The notes beneath the pieces were generated by a model. It saw only the letters and a list, made by a program, of their open reading frames with translations, was not told where the DNA came from and did no database searches. Below, piece after piece: positions 24,501 through 35,800 of a DNA stretch of 64,000 nt. The stretch comes from Camelus ferus (Eukaryota), in contig NC_045697.1 of the NCBI RefSeq assembly GCF_009834535.1, positions 49,354,001 through 49,418,000 of the forward strand, read 5' to 3'. Positions within the stretch are counted from its first letter, which is position 1. Every line of letters begins with the position of its first letter. A program made the position numbers and the translations under genes.

Positions 24501-26888
24501 TGTGCCCTTTTGCAAAGCCATTTTGTTTGCAGGCCTTTGAGATTTTATTTTATCCATTTTTAGTCTTTGATGGGTATTCCTGGGCTGCTCTGTTGGTTTG
24601 CTTATTTCATAATTCATTGTAGCGAAACAAATTTGTGCTTTTATATCTTCCTCTACTGGGAACGTACCAGCGTTTAAGTCTAAACGTATTCTGAAGACTC
24701 TCTAGGAAATCAGGTCAAGGGTAAAGTAGTGCCACTTTCTGAACCAGTGTTCCTAAATGGCTAGCCAAGGACGAGCCTGCCAGGCCTAAGTGTAACAGCC
24801 AGCTCTCCAGGGTGATGTTCTGTCTGTGTGGGAACCAAGTCAGTGTGAGCTGAATGAAGGTGCCGCTTAAAGTCTACCTCTCTGTTTAATCTTTCTAGTT
24901 CTCAACTGTTGAACAACATTATGTAAGTAATAAAGCATTTTGCATAGAAGTTGTTGAAAGTTGAGGTGAAAGGAGAGGTGCCATTTAAGATTTTAAATAG
25001 TCTGAATTTTGCCAATTCAATTTAAATTCCTAGTAGAACTGATTAAATTCGTTAATTTATCCTTCCCCTGTCCTTTGTAAGATTTTGACAATTGAGGAAA
25101 TAGTACTCACACAGTCGGTAGGCCTTGCTTCATTTTGAGTTTTTAGTGACTTCACTACATTTTAGCTAGAGGTGTTCCTTCACCCACTACTTCCTCTAAT
25201 TTTAGGCATGCTTTTGTTGGCTTGGTAGAGAAGCTTTGCTTTGTTCCTGTCAGCACTTCTTGAGTTACACTTCTCTAAAAGATAAAAGAATTTTTTATTT
25301 AATAGGAAGTTAAGAGTTCATTGGTTATGTGCACTTGTTGGTTCAAGAGTGCTTTTTCCTTCTCCAGTTTTCTTGCCATTTATCAGAATGTCTATGTATG
25401 TTTCCTTGCCCTATATCTTCTTCAAGTTCTCTTCACTGTAAAACTTGACTTTAGGTTCCTAATTTTCTCTGTTCTCTTCTTCACTGTAGACCAACACTGT
25501 CCAGTAGAAATATAATGAGAACCACATATATAATTTTTAAGTAAAAAGGTAAAAAGAATGGGGAGGGCATAGCTCAGTGGTAGAGTGCGTGCTTAGCATG
25601 CACGAGGTCCTGGGTTCAATCTGTAGCACCTCCGTTAAATGAATGAATAAATAAATAAATATAAATAAACCTAATTGCCTCCCTCCACCAAAAATAAATA
25701 TATAAATTTATTAATATTCTAAAAATAAATAAAATTAAAAAGCAAAAAGAGGTGAAATTAATTTCAGTAAAATATTTTATTAACCCAGTATGTCCAAAGT
25801 AGTATCGATTCAATGTCTAATCAGTATCAAAATTATTAAATGAGATATCTTACATTCCTGTTTTTAAGCTACTTGAAATCCAGCGTGTCTTACCCTTGTG
25901 GCACATCTCAGCTTGCACTGGCCACATTTCAGTGCTCAGCAGCCACGTGTAGCTAGGGCTACTGTATTGGATGGTGCAACTATAGAGTGTCTCCAAAAAG
26001 ACTAGAGGAGGAAAGTAAAGCACACAATAGGAGAAAAAGAGAGGAGGACTTTGCAGTGAAGATTTTTAGAAGATAAAGGAAGAGGAGGGAGTATATATCT
26101 TCCTTATGTTCGGGTGGTAGACTGTGAAGGGGAAAGGGAACTGATGGATGGGGGAGAGTAGCCTGTGCTTTGTCACAAATAAGTAGAATTAAATCCATGT
26201 AACCCGGGTTATAAAACAGTATTAGCTAATATATGATTCTTACCACATGGTTTAAATGTTCTACAGCTTTCCATCTTTTAATTCATTTGATCAGTATATA
26301 ACAGTATGAGCAGATACTGTGATTAAACTGACTTTACAGATGAGAAAATAAGACATAGATAGATGAGTCTGAGAAATACCTTCTAGGCCACACAAATTAG
26401 GTTAAGATGAACTTGTTAATTTTTCTCTACCATAAGTGTTGCAGTTATTCTGCCTGTCTACAAAAACATACAAAGTCCCAGATCTGAGCTGAAGGCAAGG
26501 ACTCAGTAACTAAAAAAAAGTTTGAATATTTAGATGAAGAGCCAGGCAGCTTCCACCCTCCACCCCCAAAATGCTTTGAAGTTTCTAGGGCTCAGAGAGT
26601 GGTGGATGCTTGGGAATTAATAGAATAATTAATATCCATCACACACCTAAGATGTGTACATTGGCCTTGGTTATCTTCTTTTTCTAATGTGGGTTTATTC
26701 TTCATAAACTTTTATTTAATATTCTCTTTTTGGGGGGAACTGTAAAACTTTGTAAGGATGTTCATAGATTCACTTTGAACATTGGTCCTGTGGTCTTTTT
26801 CTCTAGATCATGCTTAGGTATTTTTTTCTTTATCTTCCAGCTGGCGCTACGAGATGCACTCTTGAAAAAGAGAAAAAGAATGAAGTAA
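3459..26888 (+). CDS. SDAD1: SDA1 domain-containing protein 1, complete spliced CDS, 22 exons, 2067 nt, 688 aa
   Basis: Starts [24 protein letters not shown] and ends [15 protein letters not shown]. All 21 introns are GT-AG, phases are compatible and the joined exons have no internal stop. Confidence 0.97.
4998..5102 (+). CDS. SDAD1: SDAD1 exon 2
   Basis: cag|[35 protein letters not shown]|gtaaga. Confidence 0.95.
5568..5666 (+). CDS. SDAD1: SDAD1 exon 3
   Basis: cag|[33 protein letters not shown]|gtagga. Confidence 0.95.
6107..6518 (+). mobile_element. ERVL solo LTR, LTR16-like
   Basis: Ends ggctctgcttctag...ccaacctaaggca and contains gctgctaacggcccccagctg, as recalled for the LTR16 family. 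Confidence 0.6.
8179..8289 (+). CDS. SDAD1: SDAD1 exon 4
   Basis: gag|[37 protein letters not shown]|gtaaaa. Confidence 0.92.
8455..8670 (-). mobile_element. MIR SINE
   Basis: acatttattgagtgcttac...attttgtagatgaaaaggctggggcacagagag. Confidence 0.75.
9060..10000 (-). mobile_element. Old L1 (L1MB/ME-type) 3' fragment, interrupted by a younger L1
   Basis: Poly-T head, then tttattgagttataattcacata...aaagtgtacaattcagtggtttttagtatattcacagag; resumes after 9803. Confidence 0.8.
9450..9793 (+). mobile_element. Artiodactyl-type L1 3' end nested in the older L1
   Basis: gaacttatttacaaaacagaaatagactcacagacatagaa...caataaaaaa tail; TSD AATATTTCAT at 9438-9447 and 9794-9803. Confidence 0.85.
10185..10256 (+). 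CDS. SDAD1: SDAD1 exon 5
   Basis: cag|[24 protein letters not shown]|gtaagt. Confidence 0.95.
10334..10434 (+). CDS. SDAD1: SDAD1 exon 6
   Basis: cag|[33 protein letters not shown](W)|gtaata; follows a 77-nt intron. Confidence 0.95.
10590..10795 (-). mobile_element. MIR SINE
   Basis: Degenerate MIR ending attcaaacccagatctgtctgactctgaa. Confidence 0.6.
11389..11446 (+). CDS. SDAD1: SDAD1 exon 7
   Basis: cag|[19 protein letters not shown]|gtgagc. Confidence 0.95.
11993..12067 (+). CDS. SDAD1: SDAD1 exon 8
   Basis: tag|[25 protein letters not shown]|gttagt. Confidence 0.95.
13252..13353 (+). CDS. SDAD1: SDAD1 exon 9
   Basis: tag|[34 protein letters not shown]|gtgaga. Confidence 0.95.
13503..13605 (-). 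mobile_element. tRNA-Ala-derived camelid SINE (vic-1-like), short form
   Basis: Reverse strand shows A box tagctcagtggt and B box ggttcaatcc. Approximate TSD agtactaatctttta / agcactaatttttta. Confidence 0.85.
14069..14138 (+). CDS. SDAD1: SDAD1 exon 10
   Basis: cag|[23 protein letters not shown]|gtacta. Confidence 0.95.
14497..14845. mobile_element. Two adjacent MER5A-family hAT-Charlie MITEs
   Basis: TIR-like starts (c)agttctcaaact (14500) and cagtgtttttcaaact (14680); internal attctgattcagtaggtctggg; ctctag-like target sites. Confidence 0.7.
15139..15242 (+). CDS. SDAD1: SDAD1 exon 11
   Basis: cag|(D)[34 protein letters not shown]|gtttgg. Confidence 0.95.
16974..17031 (+). CDS. SDAD1: SDAD1 exon 12
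   Basis: cag|[19 protein letters not shown]|gtaagc. Confidence 0.95.
17530..17870 (-). mobile_element. L2 fragment
   Basis: tatttattcagtgatttctagtatgggcactg...ccttcatagagcttacattctag. Confidence 0.6.
17939..17997 (+). CDS. SDAD1: SDAD1 exon 13
   Basis: tag|(E)[19 protein letters not shown]|gtgaga. Confidence 0.95.
18620..18696 (+). CDS. SDAD1: SDAD1 exon 14
   Basis: cag|[25 protein letters not shown](G)|gtatgt. Confidence 0.95.
19289..19717 (+). mobile_element. Tigger1-derived non-autonomous DNA transposon (internal deletion)
   Basis: TA + CAGGCATACCTC left TIR; right end ggtctggaactgaacctgcaatgcctctgagggaggcctg. Confidence 0.85.
19962..20059 (+). CDS. SDAD1: SDAD1 exon 15
   Basis: tag|[32 protein letters not shown]|gtaagt. 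Confidence 0.95.
20166..20242 (+). CDS. SDAD1: SDAD1 exon 16
   Basis: cag|(N)[25 protein letters not shown]|gtaggt. Confidence 0.95.
20816..20945 (+). CDS. SDAD1: SDAD1 exon 17
   Basis: tag|[43 protein letters not shown]|gttcat. Confidence 0.93.
22428..22522 (+). CDS. SDAD1: SDAD1 exon 18
   Basis: cag|(D)[31 protein letters not shown]|gtaagt. Confidence 0.95.
22617..22807 (+). CDS. SDAD1: SDAD1 exon 19
   Basis: aag|[63 protein letters not shown](R)|gtaaaa. Confidence 0.92.
22915..22999 (+). CDS. SDAD1: SDAD1 exon 20
   Basis: cag|[28 protein letters not shown]|gtgagt. Confidence 0.95.
23873..24034 (+). CDS. SDAD1: SDAD1 exon 21
   Basis: tag|[54 protein letters not shown]|gtgagt. Confidence 0.95.
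25492..25979 (+). mobile_element. MER33 hAT-Charlie element interrupted by a SINE
   Basis: caacactgtccagtagaaatataatg ... ggctactgtattggatggtgca; 8-bp TSD CTGTAGAC/CTATAGAG. Confidence 0.85.
25558..25736 (+). mobile_element. tRNA-Ala-derived camelid SINE (vic-1-like), long form
   Basis: ggggagggcatagctcagtggtagagtgcgtgcttagcatgcacgaggtcctgggttcaatc, (TAAA)n, aaacctaattgcctccc, A-rich tail; TSD AAAAAGGTAAAAAGA/AAAAAGCAAAAAGA. Confidence 0.9.
26841..26888 (+). CDS. SDAD1: SDAD1 exon 22 (coding part)
   Basis: cag|[18 protein letters not shown]. Confidence 0.95.
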   Translation: MALRDALLKKRKRMK

Positions 26889-26973
26889 CTTCCAAGCAAA
26901 TTTTCCATTCCACGGAGGATGCTAAATTTGTGTCATTACTCTGAAAATTAGTAAACTAAGAATGTTTGTTTAC

Positions 26974-26979
26974 ATTAAA
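26974..26979 (+). terminator. SDAD1: SDAD1 proximal poly(A) signal ATTAAA (candidate)
   Basis: ATTAAA 86 nt after the stop, followed by GT/T-rich sequence. Confidence 0.5.
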
Positions 26980-27122
26980 AATCCAGAAACACTGTATTGT
27001 GAAAACCACAGTAAACTTGGTAGCTTTTGGTGTTCTTATTTTAGAGATGGCTAATGGTTTGAAGTGAAATAGTAAATGGTGGTGTAAAGTGATTTTCATT
27101 TAGTATTCATGCCCCAAAAAGG

Positions 27123-27148
27123 ATATATATATAGAGAGAGAGAGAGAG
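27123..27148. repeat. Compound (TA)n(GA)n microsatellite in the SDAD1 3'UTR
   Basis: atatatatatagagagagagagagag. Confidence 0.9.
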
Positions 27149-27687
27149 TGCCTATTAATTGTCACTGAAGATATAATGAACCAGAATTCCTCACTCAAGG
27201 CATTTATAGCCTATTTGTGGGATGAGGCGCGAGGCAGGTGTGTATATGTGTATTTACAGTGCAGTATAAATAGCTCTCTAGTAGAGATAGGGCCATGTTT
27301 CTGTGGGGTCACAGACACCTTATGGACTAACTCTGCAGGGGATGGGGGTTATGTATTCTCTTAAAACAGGACAATGTTACAAGAGTAAGAGGATCTTACT
27401 TGTAAATAGGCTTTCCTGCTGAAAACAGGTCCCTGCTGTACAGATTTTGGATAGACAATTTAGCATTTTTAGTCTTATCCAAAAGACATATTTTTTTAAT
27501 TCTAGCTACAGGCTTTTTGGTTAAGACCTTGCTTTTTAAATTGCCTTACGTATAAGTAGTAATGTTGGGGTGACTTAAGTTCATCATTTGGGCTGCCCAC
27601 TCTTCCATAGAGGAAAAAGAAATCAGATTGGTTTCCTCTGCCTTTCTTCACCCTGTAAAATGTTCAGCCCACTATTTCCCTTGTCTC

Positions 27688-27693
27688 AATAAA
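27688..27693 (+). terminator. SDAD1: SDAD1 distal poly(A) signal AATAAA
   Basis: AATAAA followed about 30 nt later by a strong GU-rich element gtgtgctgagtggtgtgtgttgtct. Confidence 0.8.
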
Positions 27694-29462
27694 AGGTTTC
27701 TTATGTCAAATAGGTGCTCTGTGTGCTGAGTGGTGTGTGTTGTCTCCCTTCCCCTGGCATGCTTGAGGAGATTTCAGGGGACGTGAGAGCTGTGGTCAGT
27801 CTGTTTGTAAGTTGTTGCATTTGGAAATAGTTTGGTGCCTTGTCTCAGATTTCTTGGATAATATATTGTGGTAGTTGGGAAAACTGCTTCAAATGAGAGT
27901 AAAAGGCAATTTTCTGTCTACTCAGCATCTTCTAAAATGACTTTTCTTGTTCCTTTTCTAGCATCTTCTCACTTTCTGAGTTCAACTTCAGTTTTATTTG
28001 AATGAAACTTTGTAGCTTTCCCTAAGACACCCCGTACCACTGGGAATTAGTTGTGAAGACCTTGAGGTTTAATGATTAAATTGCACTGCCCTACCTAGGG
28101 AGAGGAGGCCTCAGTCCCCAGCAACTTCAGCGTTTCACAGGAAGTGTCAGGTGCAGATGTGAATCTCAGACTAGCAACTGGTTTTTTTTTTTTTTTGGTC
28201 ATTTTTGAACTGGGTATCTCCTTACATGTATAGGTTCAGACAGAGGTAATTAAATTCAAAATGGCCTAGCAGCTAGGGTCCGTAACTTTGCTGTGTGAAT
28301 TGTGATAGTGCGTGGAACTTTTGTCCTTCCCCTAGACTTTCCCACCCCTTAGCTGCCAAGAGGCCAGAGTCCATTCTTTGTTCTGACTTCTGTTTTTCTA
28401 CTGTGGTTTCACCCGACTCATAACTGAAGTTTATATGCAAGCTAAATATCTGGCTTGAAAAGCTATAGTCTTAACTTTTATTTCTTTAATCCCATAGTAT
28501 CTTATTCCCATCTGATTCCTTTTATTGTTTTATAAATCTTCTCTTGAGAATATCTTCTGTTTACTCTGAATTTGGAGTCAGAGCCTCACAAGGTTAGATA
28601 CTGCCAGCAAAGGCACAGTGACCTTTCAGGGTGACTTTTACCTTGACGAAGTCACAGGGTTTGAGCTTCAGCTTTTTAGTCTTAAATTTTTATCAACACT
28701 GAGAATGGGGCCATTTCAGGGATGAACTCACATTGTCCAAGCTTATAATGTATATAAAGTAATGTATATATCTAGAATGCTGATACATTATTTATATGTT
28801 CTCAGCAAGTTCCTCCAGAAAATGTGCTCCAGAGAAGACAGAGTCTGTTCTGTGCTCTGTCCCCAGTACTAGTCCAGTGCCCAGTATGTAGCTCCTCAAC
28901 AGGTATTTGAACACCTCATATAACTCCTAACTGTCAGTCTTTTCTCTGTAAATGACATACCGCCTACCTCATCGATTGGGTGTGAACCAGTGTTTATAAG
29001 CACTTAGCGTGGTGTTTGCCACAGAGTAGCAAATTTCTCATCAAAGATTGAATGTCTATTAAGTTTTTATTTTATATTTTGCTTAATTTACTTGAAACAA
29101 CAATTGCAGTTACTACAGATATTTGTTTTACCCCTTATACATTTTGGGGGTACTAGTTTGAAATATGAAAATGTATATTGAATGCTTACCATGTTGCAAA
29201 CACAGTGATCATGCTGTATAGAAATTTGTAATCCAGTGAAGGAAACAGACGTACAAAATGACTATTTTTTTAAAAATCCACTTACAGAACTATCAAAAAA
29301 GGCACAGTACAGGGCTAGGGGCATCCTGAGGAAGGGGCAGTTTAGCTGGCAGAAGGGTGAAATGCCCACTCACTAACACACTGATACGTATGATGAACAG
29401 GGCTGCAGTAGGAGATAAATTCCTGAATAACAAGAGAAAAGTTAGGGTTTAAAAGTTGGTAT

Positions 29463-29550
29463 GGAGGTTGGTGGTATAGCTCAGTGGCAGAGCGTGTGCT
29501 CAGCATGCACGAGGTCCTGGGTTCAGTCCCAGTACCTCCATTAAAAAATA
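29463..29550 (+). mobile_element. tRNA-Ala-derived camelid SINE (vic-1-like), short form
   Basis: A and B boxes present. Perfect 12-bp TSD AAAAGTTGGTAT at 29451-29462 and 29551-29562, at a TTT/AAAA L1 endonuclease site. Confidence 0.92.
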
Positions 29551-30701
29551 AAAAGTTGGTATAATTTTTAAAGGTTACGATTAATATAAATTTTGTTTTC
29601 ATTATCTCATATCCTAATTCTTTGAAAATTTATGATCTGTATAGAGTGTTACATGGCAACTCAGTATTGACCAGCAGGTTTATGTTCAGACTATTTTAGA
29701 TAAACACATTTTGAAACTATTCTACCAAGTGACAATACAGTTCTTCCAAGTGACATCCTTTATTGTATAAAAGTGAAACTAAAAGTTAACTACTGCTTAC
29801 ATATTTTGAGAATATTTTATGAGATTTTTTTAAAATCTTGAATAGGAAGGTAAGACACTGAGATGGAGCTTTTTATCTTTTATAAGAAAATGACATTTTC
29901 CCTCCTGTTACAGAGCATTTGATATGGAAGCAAGAACAGAGAGCATAGCTAATTCTGTACTGTTTAAATACTGTATATTTGTATAGGGCATTCCTTATGT
30001 GGTAATTTTACTTCTTTCTACAGATTCTGCTTTTGATGTTTTGTCGGTCTGGAAGTGGTTAAATAAATGTGATTTATCCACATGATGGAATACTGTGCAG
30101 CCATTAAAATGTTTATAACAGGAATTACTTACTGTGAATGAGAACAAAATATATTTATACTATTAAAATTACACATGTAAGAAAATGGGGAATAATAGAA
30201 GCCCAAGAAGAAAGCCACCAAATATTAAAGTGATTTTCTTTGGTATCAGGATCATGTGTGAGGTTTTTATTTCAACTTTGCTCTCTGTCTTTTACAGTGT
30301 GTATGCTATGCTGCAACTGTGTTATTGTATCAGAAGCACAGTAACTTATTTGAGGCAGGGGAATAAAGACTCGTTCTTATGAATTAGTTTTTTTATCACA
30401 AGAGGATTGCACCTTAAACCAAGGCAAGGATTAGTTTGAAAATACTCCCAGAGGAGTTGTAGTCTCTCCTTATTGATGACTCTCTTCCACTGATTTGCTG
30501 ATGGGGTGCTAGTCATGCTTAGTTTGGGACCCTTTGACTCTAGCCCGCAATACCCAATGTTAGCAAAGGGTTGAATTAGTATAATTCTTAGGGAAAATAA
30601 TTAGTGCTTTGTATCAAGAGCCTTAAAAAACAGTCATAATGTTTGACTCAGCCCACTTCTGAGAGTCTAGTCAAAGAAAATGGTCCAAAATGTGGCAAAG
30701 A

Positions 30702-31262
30702 TGTGTTTGAGGATGTTTCTGCTGCAAGTAACAGAGTATATATCTAAAACTAGTCTAGCCAAATTAGAGTTTCACATAAGAAGTCTGGAGGTGGACAGTT
30801 GCTGGCCTGAGGTCAGCTACTCAATGATGCCTTCAGGATCTTGGGCTCTGTTTCTGCTTTGTCATTTTTAGTGTGGATTTGAATACTGACTGGCAGCTTT
30901 ATGACCTCAGGCAAGTTACTCAACATTTCTGTGTGGAGGTCTCCTGTCTGTAAAATGGACGTGATAGTCCACCTTCACAGACATTTCTTGTAAGTTTAAG
31001 GCAACAAGAAGGGCATTGCCACATCCATCCCTTTTACTAGGAAAGCAAAAAGCTTTTGCAGGATCCCTGTAACAGCCTTCCTTTAGGTCTCATTAGCCAA
31101 AACTGGGTTATGGCCACGCTATCAAAACTGGAAGCCAAGAAAGCAGGAAGTAAGATTGTTGACCACTCAGCTTAAATGGACTGTAATATTCCCAACAGAA
31201 CGGGGCTTCTGTTAGCAGAGTAGAGAGGGAAATAGATTTTGGTTAGGCAGTGTCTACCACCA
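30702..31262 (-). mobile_element. MaLR LTR (MLT1J/K-like) with an internal MIR (~30870-30990)
   Basis: gctgcaagtaacaga start; tcattagccaaaactgggttatggcc; end ggggcttctgttagcaga...ggttaggcagtgtctaccac. Confidence 0.6.
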
Positions 31263-31650
31263 ACTAACTGTAGGGAAGTACTCGTTGCAGCATAATTTAT
31301 AGTGGCAAAAATGGGTGTGAGAAAATATCTCAAAATATGGGAATAGTTAAGCAACCTGAGTTAGAATAGTCAACTATTAATCACCTTGATAAAAAGTTGG
31401 TTTAAAGATAATGTATAAACACTATAGCAATGTGGAAAATGTGCCATTATTTTCAAAAGCAAAATGTAACGTGTTTTAGGACAAATATTTTTCGTATGTT
31501 TGATGAAATTGGAATGTGTCTTAAAATTTTTCCAGCCAAATGACTATCTTTACACAGTTGCACGTTCATGCACGTTCATGAACTTGGTCTGAAAATCTTA
31601 AGTTGACATCTGCTAAGAACAAGCAAGAACCAGTATCAAAACTTGCAGAA

Positions 31651-32445
31651 GTCAGAATGGCCATCATTAAAAAATCAAATGATAAATGCTGGAGAAGGTG
31701 TGGAGAACAGGGAACCCTCCTACACTGTTGGTGGGAATGTAGTTTGGTGCAGCCATTATGGAAACAGTATAGAGATTCCTCAGAAATCTAAAAATAGGCT
31801 TACCATGTGATCCAGCAATCCCACTCCTGGGCATATATCTGGAGGGAACCTTAATTCAAAAAGACACATGCACCCCAATGTTCACAGCACTGTTTACAAT
31901 AGCCAAGACATGGAAGCAACCTAAATGTCCATCAACAGCTGACTGGATAAAGACGTTGTGGTATATTTATACAATGGAATTCTACCCAGCCATAAAAAAA
32001 AATAAAATAATGCCATTTGCAGCAACATGGATGGACCTGGAGATCGTCATTCTAAGTGAAGTAAGCCAGAAAGAGAAAGAAATATACCTTGTGATATCAC
32101 TTCCATGTGGAATCTTAAAAAAGGACATAAATGAACTTATTTCCAAAACAGAAACAGACTCACAGACATAGAAAACAAACATGGTTACTGGAGGGGAAAA
32201 GGGTGGAAAGGGATAAATTGGGAGTTCAAGATTTGCAGATACTAAGTATTATATATAAAATAAACAAGTCTCTTCTGAATAGCACAGGGAACTATATTCA
32301 CTATCTTACAGTAACCTATAATAAAGAATATGAAAATGAATATATGTATGTATATATATGGCTGAACTATTATGCTGTACACAAGAAATTGACACAGCAT
32401 TGTAAACTGAGTACACTTCAATAAAAAATTTTTTTGAATTAAAAA
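31651..32445 (+). mobile_element. 5'-truncated L1 (ORF2 C-terminus and 3'UTR)
   Basis: [29 protein letters not shown] and [19 protein letters not shown]...WYIYTME; A tail; TSD AAAACTTGCA at 31638 and 32446. Confidence 0.95.
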
Positions 32446-33095
32446 AAAACTTGCAAAACAGTCAATACCTAGTAAAAAAAAATTCCAGAAAACAGTGGAA
32501 CATTTTTCTAAAATTTTTAACTTTTTATTGGTGTATATATATACATAAAGAAAAGCACAAATATCATTTAGTGTACTTAAGCTCAATGAATTTTTACAAG
32601 TTGAATACATCCCTCGTTATCAGCACCCAGATCAAGAAACAGAACATTACCAACACCTGGTAAGCCCCCTTTCTGAGTAGAGAACTCAAGAAATGCTGCA
32701 TCACCAAGGTTCTTCAATCACACCAGTTTTCCATGTGTGGAAAAACCTGGGCATCTAGGATGCCAAGTCACACAAAGATTCACAAGAATCTGATTCTGAA
32801 TGTAAAGAAGCTTATGCAATATTTTAACCAATTTGTTTCACTTTTTAAAATATGTACAAGAGGAGGTATGTGATTTTTAAATACCTGTGACAAAAGACTT
32901 AGCAATACATAGACATTTTTAAATTCTAATAAGAAAGCATTGTGTTGTAATTTAAATGTCAGCAAGCATCTCTTTAAGATACATAAAATAATAGTGCTTC
33001 TTACAACTTAAATTTTATAAATATAATATGCATATGAAAATAGTGTGGTGAGAATATAGCTGATTGGGTTTTCTTTTTCCTCTACATAATAAACA

Positions 33096-33185
33096 TGTTT
33101 TAGGGTTTGCCAATGAAACAGAACCAATCGGAGGTATAGGTAGGTAGGTAGGTAGACAGACTAGATAGATAGGTAGATAGATAGG

Positions 33186-33230
<45 letters not shown>

Positions 33231-33380
33231 TCTATATAGGGAGATTTATGACAGGGATTGACTCAGGAGATTATGGAGGCCAAGAAGACCCATGATCTGC
33301 TGTCCTCAAGCTGGAGAACCAGAAAAGCCAGTGGTGTGATTCAATCCAAATCTGAAGACCTTTGAATCAAGAATGCCAAT
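33096..33380 (-). mobile_element. MLT2 (ERVL) LTR fragment carrying a GATA microsatellite
   Basis: gaaacagaaccaat...gagatttat...attatggaggccaagaagacccatgatctgc...gctggagaaccag. Confidence 0.8.
33137..33226. repeat. (TAGG)n/(TAGA)n tetranucleotide microsatellite
   Basis: Seen directly in the sequence. Confidence 0.95.
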
Positions 33381-33789
33381 GGTCTAGTTTTTTTTTTAAT
33401 ATAAAATACTGCTAGTCCCATTCTTATTAGCAAGATCCAATTTTAGTGTACCTACTACTTCTGTAATTTAAATATTAACATCAGATCCAGGGGTGCTTTA
33501 AAAGGGAATTTGGCCAAAGGGTAAAGGAAAGTTAAAGATGACATAGGAACTTAACTCTGGAAAATGTTACAGAAGGGGAAATATAAAAGAATTACACAGA
33601 AACTAAAGAATAAATTATGATATTTCACAACTTCTTGTTTTAAGGATACTTAAATCTTTCTCTTTTTAAAAATTTTAGAAACATTTTACTATTTTAATTG
33701 TGATTTTTAGAAACATCAAAAAATGAAACATATACATTTCCTAGATTTGTTGAGTGTTAGTTTTTACCATATTCTTTTTTATTTTAAAG

Positions 33790-34600
33790 AAATAGAACAT
33801 TAAGATTGCAACTTAAGCCCTACCCAGCCATTTCCTCCTTTTTCTCAGGGATAACCACGGTCTTGAAGTTGATGCCTATTATTCCTTTATGTATTTTTTT
33901 CTCTTAATACTTTTGTGCATGTACATGTGTGTGTATGTGTGTGTGTAGTAGAATGTATCATTTAGTATCTTAAAATTTTACATAAATGGTGTCATTGTAT
34001 ATATTCTTTTGCTGACTGTATAACAACATTAGATTCTGGATAAATGAAGATTCTTTCATTTTAACTGTTATAATAGTTTCCCATTGTTTATTCATAAATC
34101 CACAATTTATCATTACCCTCCTGAAGAGCAGTTAGGTTTTTTGCATTTTCGCTATTTAAAAATCTTGCCCCAATGAAGTTTTGTATATGTCTCCTTGGTA
34201 TATGTCTTAGAGTCTTTTCTTTATCCAAAGTTTACATAGAAGCTTAGAAATGGAATTCCTGGGTTATAGGGTCCATGAGTCTTCAGGTTTACTAGGCAAT
34301 GCTGAGTTGCACATTCCTAATAACTTATATGAATTCCGATTTTAGCGCATCCATGTCAACACTTGGTGTTATTAGACTCTAGAACTTTAGATAATCTGTT
34401 GTTGGTGAAATGGTATCATTGTTTTAATTTGCATTTCAGTGGTTACTAGTGAGTTTGAGTTGTTTCACATGGATTTTTTGCCATTTGATTTTCCTCTTTA
34501 ATAGCTTTTTGGTTTGTTTTTTTCTTATTGACTTGCAGGGGGTCTTTATATATTCTGGATACCAATTATTTGTCAATTACTTATGTTGCAAGTATCTCCA
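33790..34600 (-). mobile_element. Old degenerate L1 fragment
   Basis: gaaatggtatcattgttttaatttgcatttc...ttatatattctggatacc. Confidence 0.65.
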
Positions 34601-34699
34601 CAGATAGGCAATACCATCTCTGTGATAAACTAAGTTCCCATATATACTTTGGATCTGGGAATTTTAAAAAACAGTCCTGGGTTTCTTTAAAAAATTTTT

Positions 34700-35440
34700 T
34701 TAAATTTTTAATAGACTGTTTTTTAGAGCAGTTTTAAGTTCACAGCAAAACTGAGCAGAATGTACAGAGATATCACAAATACTTCTGCTCTTCCCCCTAG
34801 GCGTAGGATCCCGCATTATCATCATCCTATGTCAGAGTGGTGCATTGGTTACAACTGATGAATCTACACTGACACATTATCAAAAGTCCCTAGTTTACAA
34901 AGGGCTCCCTCATGGTGTTGTATACTCTGTGGGTTTGGACAAATGTATAATAACATGTATCGACCATTACAGTATCATACAGGGTAGTTTCACTGCCCTA
35001 AAAAGCACCCCTGTTCTGACTATTCATCTCTTGCTTCCCCTTAACCCTTGACAACCACTGATCTTTTCACCAGAGTTTTTCCTTTTCAAGAATATTGTAG
35101 AATTCGAATCATAACAGTATGTGGCTTTTTCAGATTACCTTCTTTCACTTGGTAATATGCATTTAAATTTCCTCCATGTCTTTTCATGGTTTGAAAGTTT
35201 ATTTCTTTTTACTGGTAAATAATATTCCATCATTTAGATGTACCACAGTTTATCCATTCACCTACTAAAGGACATTTTGGTTGCTTCCAAGGTTTGACAA
35301 TCGTGAATAAAGCTGCTATAAATATCTATGTGCTGGTTTTTATGTGAACATGTCTTCATCTCCTTTGGATAAATATCAAGGAGAGTGATTGTTGGATCCT
35401 ACAATAAGAGTATGTTTAGTTTTGTAAGAAACCACCAAAC
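34700..35440 (-). mobile_element. L1MC-type 3' fragment
   Basis: tttttagagcagttttaagttcacagcaaaactgagcagaa...tgtaagaaaccaccaaact. Confidence 0.8.
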
Positions 35441-35527
35441 TACTATCCATCTAGACTTCCAATTCCAAAGTCACACCCACATTTTTAGGTATTTGTTTGA
35501 TACCACTCCACTTGAAATACCTAGATC

Positions 35528-35800
35528 TGTATTAGTTATCTATTACTGCATAACAAATTACCATAAAATTAAGTGGCTTAAAGAAATAAACATTATTTCA
35601 CAGTTTCTGTGGGTGAGGAACTTTGAGTGGCTTAGCTGGGGCTAGAGGATCCACTCCCCAGACGGCTTATTCATATGGCTGTTAGCAAGAAGCCTCAGTT
35701 CCTCTCTGCCGCTTGGTAGAAAGTCTCAGTTCCTCGAATCAGCATATAGCATCCCTGAAATCCACATAGCACAGAAGCAGCAGAAAAGAGAGAGCTCATA
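35528..35800 (-). mobile_element. MaLR LTR (MLT1) fragment
   Basis: tgtattagttatctattactgcataacaaattacca...cacagtttctgtgggtgaggaa. Confidence 0.8.

Noticed and set aside
25560..25635. tRNA-Ala(AGC) gene, and similar sequence at 13525, 29465, 39840 and 58050
   Set aside because: A-rich tails, TSDs and broken acceptor/T stems mark these as SINE copies, not tRNA genes
27940..30030. Strong acceptors at 27961 and 30023 as extra SDAD1 or read-through exons
   Set aside because: They lie downstream of a well-formed poly(A) site, have no coding support, and such motifs are common in AT-rich DNA
31560..31580. Tandem 10-mer cacgttcatg x2
   Set aside because: Isolated micro-duplication with no array structure
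31603..32424. Protein-coding ORFs with Cys-rich motifs
   Set aside because: L1 ORF2 C-terminal fragments with frameshifts inside a 5'-truncated insertion
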